Positions 46,398 to 46,830 of a stretch of DNA of 46,830 nt are shown one piece after another. Position 1 is the first letter of the stretch, and every line of letters starts with the position of its first letter. The stretch comes from Bdellovibrionales bacterium (GTDB lineage Bacteria; Bdellovibrionota; Bdellovibrionia; Bdellovibrionales; JAMPXM01), in NCBI GenBank assembly GCA_043739185.1, contig JAYUEN010000180.1, forward strand, positions 1 to 46,830. The letters run 5' to 3'. The notes beneath the pieces are model-generated. The model searched no databases. It saw nothing but the letters and a program-made list of their open reading frames with translations, and was not told where the DNA came from. Made by a program: the position numbers and the translations under genes.

Positions 46398-46830
46398 TTA
46401 AAGTTCGCAATCATCCGCATCGATTCGGGTCATTCGCTTGACTTCAGAAAAGTGCAAAGTGCCAGAGAAGTCATCTTGAATGAAGGCTGGATCGCCGACG
46501 CTAATTTGACCGGAAGGGATATTCGCCTGAGCTTCTTTCCAGAGGCGATTGAGGATGGTTGCATAGATTGCCGCGCCATCAGCCATGCGTGAAATTGCAA
46601 GCTTAAGTTGAGCTTGCGCACCGGAGCCGCTTCTACCTAATTTTTTATCATTTGATAAAACTTGATCACGAAACATAAGTGCTCGTTCAATTTCAATAAA
46701 GCTTAAATCAATGAGAGAGGTATTCATGAGAACATTTAGGTTCGAGGGATTTTGTAAGATCGCCGAAGCTTCAGCTTGAACTTGTCTTCCGATAGTCTGC
46801 ATATCTTGAATATTATCGGTTTCAAAGTAT
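46398..46830 (-). CDS. Hypothetical protein, probably 5'-truncated by the window edge
   Basis: ORF of at least 134 aa whose frame stays open to the window end. Confidence 0.55.
   Translation of the reverse strand, partial: YFETDNIQDMQTIGRQVQAEASAILQNPSNLNVLMNTSLIDLSFIEIERALMFRDQVLSNDKKLGRSGSGAQAQLKLAISRMADGAAIYATILNRLWKEAQANIPSGQISVGDPAFIQDDFSGTLHFSEVKRMTRIDADDCEL

Noticed and set aside
2184..46621. Many short ORF-track entries overlapping longer genes (e.g. 2184..2474, 5544..5789, 13197..13547, 17005..17424, 28197..28490, 41354..41656)
   Set aside because: Antisense or alternative-frame shadows of well-supported genes, with no motifs or RBS

Overview
AT-rich bacterial chromosomal window packed with exported and lipoprotein ORFans. 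By inference only (lipoprotein and signal-peptide style, secreted trypsin, sigma54- and sigma28-type promoters), it looks like a Bdellovibrionota/Oligoflexia-type predator. No rRNA, tRNA, CRISPR array or intact mobile element was seen. Two things stand out. (1) A compact LysR-linked isonitrile (isocyanide) biosynthetic operon at 37084-42173: PvcA/IsnA-type isocyanide synthase, PvcB/IsnB-type Fe/2OG dioxygenase, cytochrome P450 and GT1 glycosyltransferase. It predicts an oxidised, glycosylated vinyl-isonitrile, and similar palindromic boxes lie in front of both lysR and the operon. (2) An unannotated ~63-bp dispersed element occurs three times in divergent intergenic regions, each time in the same orientation 135-161 bp upstream of a correctly spaced sigma54 promoter for an exported protein. 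Also present: a DUF4258/MqsA-like toxin-antitoxin pair with an operator palindrome, an orphan soluble histidine kinase with 11-residue repeats, a GT2/kinase/nucleotidyltransferase/membrane-protein glycosylation locus, sqr, an HTTM/beta-propeller/pentapeptide operon, a Phi-1/EXORDIUM-like protein and several secreted hydrolases. All family calls come from motif recognition by eye; no searches were run.
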